Positions 62,641 to 64,000 of a stretch of DNA of 64,000 bases are shown here, piece after piece. Source of the stretch: Camelus dromedarius (Eukaryota). The stretch's first letter is position 1. Every line of letters starts with the position of its first letter. A program made the position numbers and the translations under genes. The stretch is from assembly GCF_036321535.1 (NCBI RefSeq), contig NC_087437.1, forward strand, positions 108,440,001 to 108,504,000, given 5' to 3'. The notes under the pieces were generated by a model that worked only from the letters and a program-made list of their open reading frames with translations, had not been told where the DNA came from and ran no database searches.

Positions 62641-63516
62641 CTTTGCCAAGCTGTTTTCTCAGAGATTTACAGACAGGAACTACCTTAGGGGTTGATCTGG
62701 TCTGAAAAGATTATATGTATAAACATTCAATGTCCAGTTATTGAGAAGGTGAAATGCTAAAACAATTAGACTTAAATTTTAATATCAAATTTCTAAAGTT
62801 CATAATAAACCATTTGCCCAAAGAGCTGAAGGCTCAGTATATTGTCCCCTCAGAACATGTTTTCTTACTTGAAAATGGTAGTGCTTCAGGAATATGAAAA
62901 GAAGTTCATGTCAAAGTTGTCTAACCAGCATTCGATTTATATTGGAGTAAATGCATACTGGTAAGGAAAGTGTCTCACGCCTCATCTGAACTGAATAAGT
63001 GATACTTTCCAGCATAATTAAATAGAAGAGTTAAAAAATTAGAGAATAAATTACACTAGATCATTTTCTACAAGTGATTTCCAAAAACATAATCAATGAC
63101 CACATTATCTTGATTGTGTTGTCATTTCTCAGGCATGAAAAACCCTCATATTCCTGTAATTAGGCGTATTTGCTTCAACCACCAAAGCCTTAATCTTTTG
63201 AAAGTCATGACCACAGCAACCACCTCGGGTCAATTTCTGCATGTAGAGAACAGTATGACCATTCCAGAAACACAGAAACCAAAAACCCTTCCATGATGCT
63301 CATCATACAACTTGTCACTATATAGTTTCTGATATTCTTTACAAGCCTGAGTGTTTTATGCTATATCTCTACATACAGCAAGTGCCTTGCACCTAATAGG
63401 TGCTTTAAGAACATTTATTAAATTATTAGAAAGCAGCAATTCAAGTACTCATCATAGTAGACAGAACATCCATATTGTATTACTTGATAAAGCCATTAAT
63501 TAAACAAATGTTTATC

Positions 63517-63876
63517 AAATGTCTGTGTCCCTCCAAAATTCACATGTTGAAACTCTACGTCAGAATGTGTTGGTGTTAGGAGGAGGGGCTTTGGGGATGC
63601 AGTTAGGATTAGATGAGGTCCTGGAGCAGCACCCTCATGAATGGGATGAGCACCCTTTTAAGAGCTCCAAGAAAGCTTGCTTCTCTCTGCCCTTTGGGGC
63701 TACAATGAGAAGCTGGCCGTCTGCATCCTGGAAGCGGCTCCTCACCAGAACCCAATCACGCTGGCATTCGGATCTTGGACTTTCAGCCTCCAGAACTGTG
63801 AGAAATAAATTTCTGTTGTTTACAAATCACTCCATCTGTGGTATTTGTTACAGCGGCCCGGATGGATTAAGATACA
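63517..63876 (+). mobile_element. MLT1A-like MaLR LTR
   Basis: gtgtccctccaaaattcacatgttgaaa...cagcctccagaactgtgagaaataaatttctgttgttta...ttaagataca. Confidence 0.88.
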
Positions 63877-63899
63877 CATATAAGTGAAATCACACAGCA

Positions 63900-64000
63900 G
63901 AGCTTCAGTTATGCAACATAAATAAGTCTTAGAGATCTAATGTACAGCAATGTGACTATAGTTAACAATAGTGTATTGTACACTTGAAATTTGTAAAGAG
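63900..64000 (+). mobile_element. L1MA-type 3'UTR fragment, runs off window
   Basis: aataagtcttagagatctaatgtacagcaatgtgactatagttaacaatagtgtattgtacacttgaaattt. Confidence 0.8.

Overview
AT-rich, repeat-dense eutherian genomic DNA, most likely camelid (camel or alpaca), judged from three tRNA-derived Vic-1-like SINEs and young cetartiodactyl-type L1 3' ends. It is not prokaryotic, and no CRISPR array, rRNA or true tRNA gene is evident. Most of the window is transposable-element remnants: young and old L1, HAL1, L2, MIR, MaLR/ERVL/ERV1 solo LTRs, and hAT and Tc2 DNA transposons. Almost all ORFs in the supplied track are spurious or L1/transposase debris. The main finding is a ~3.5-kb composite insertion (31657-35146) flanked by an imperfect target-site duplication (TSD) inside an old L1ME. 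It consists of an L1 5'UTR+ORF1, an inverted L1 ORF2 piece, and an unspliced antisense genomic fragment of AGTPBP1 (CCP1/Nna1) with one intact 64-nt exon and the 3' part of the next exon. This looks like L1-mediated transduction or chimeric retrotransposition of host exons. More speculative findings are a chain of phase-compatible minus-strand exon candidates (40353-40194, 8946-8840, 7104-7068, 48-1) of unknown identity, a GAS/ISRE/NF-kB motif cluster near 54.3-54.9 kb, and very short 5'-inverted (twin-primed) L1 insertions. Repeat family names and the AGTPBP1 match come from recall of consensus sequences, not from database searches. Boundaries without TSDs are approximate.
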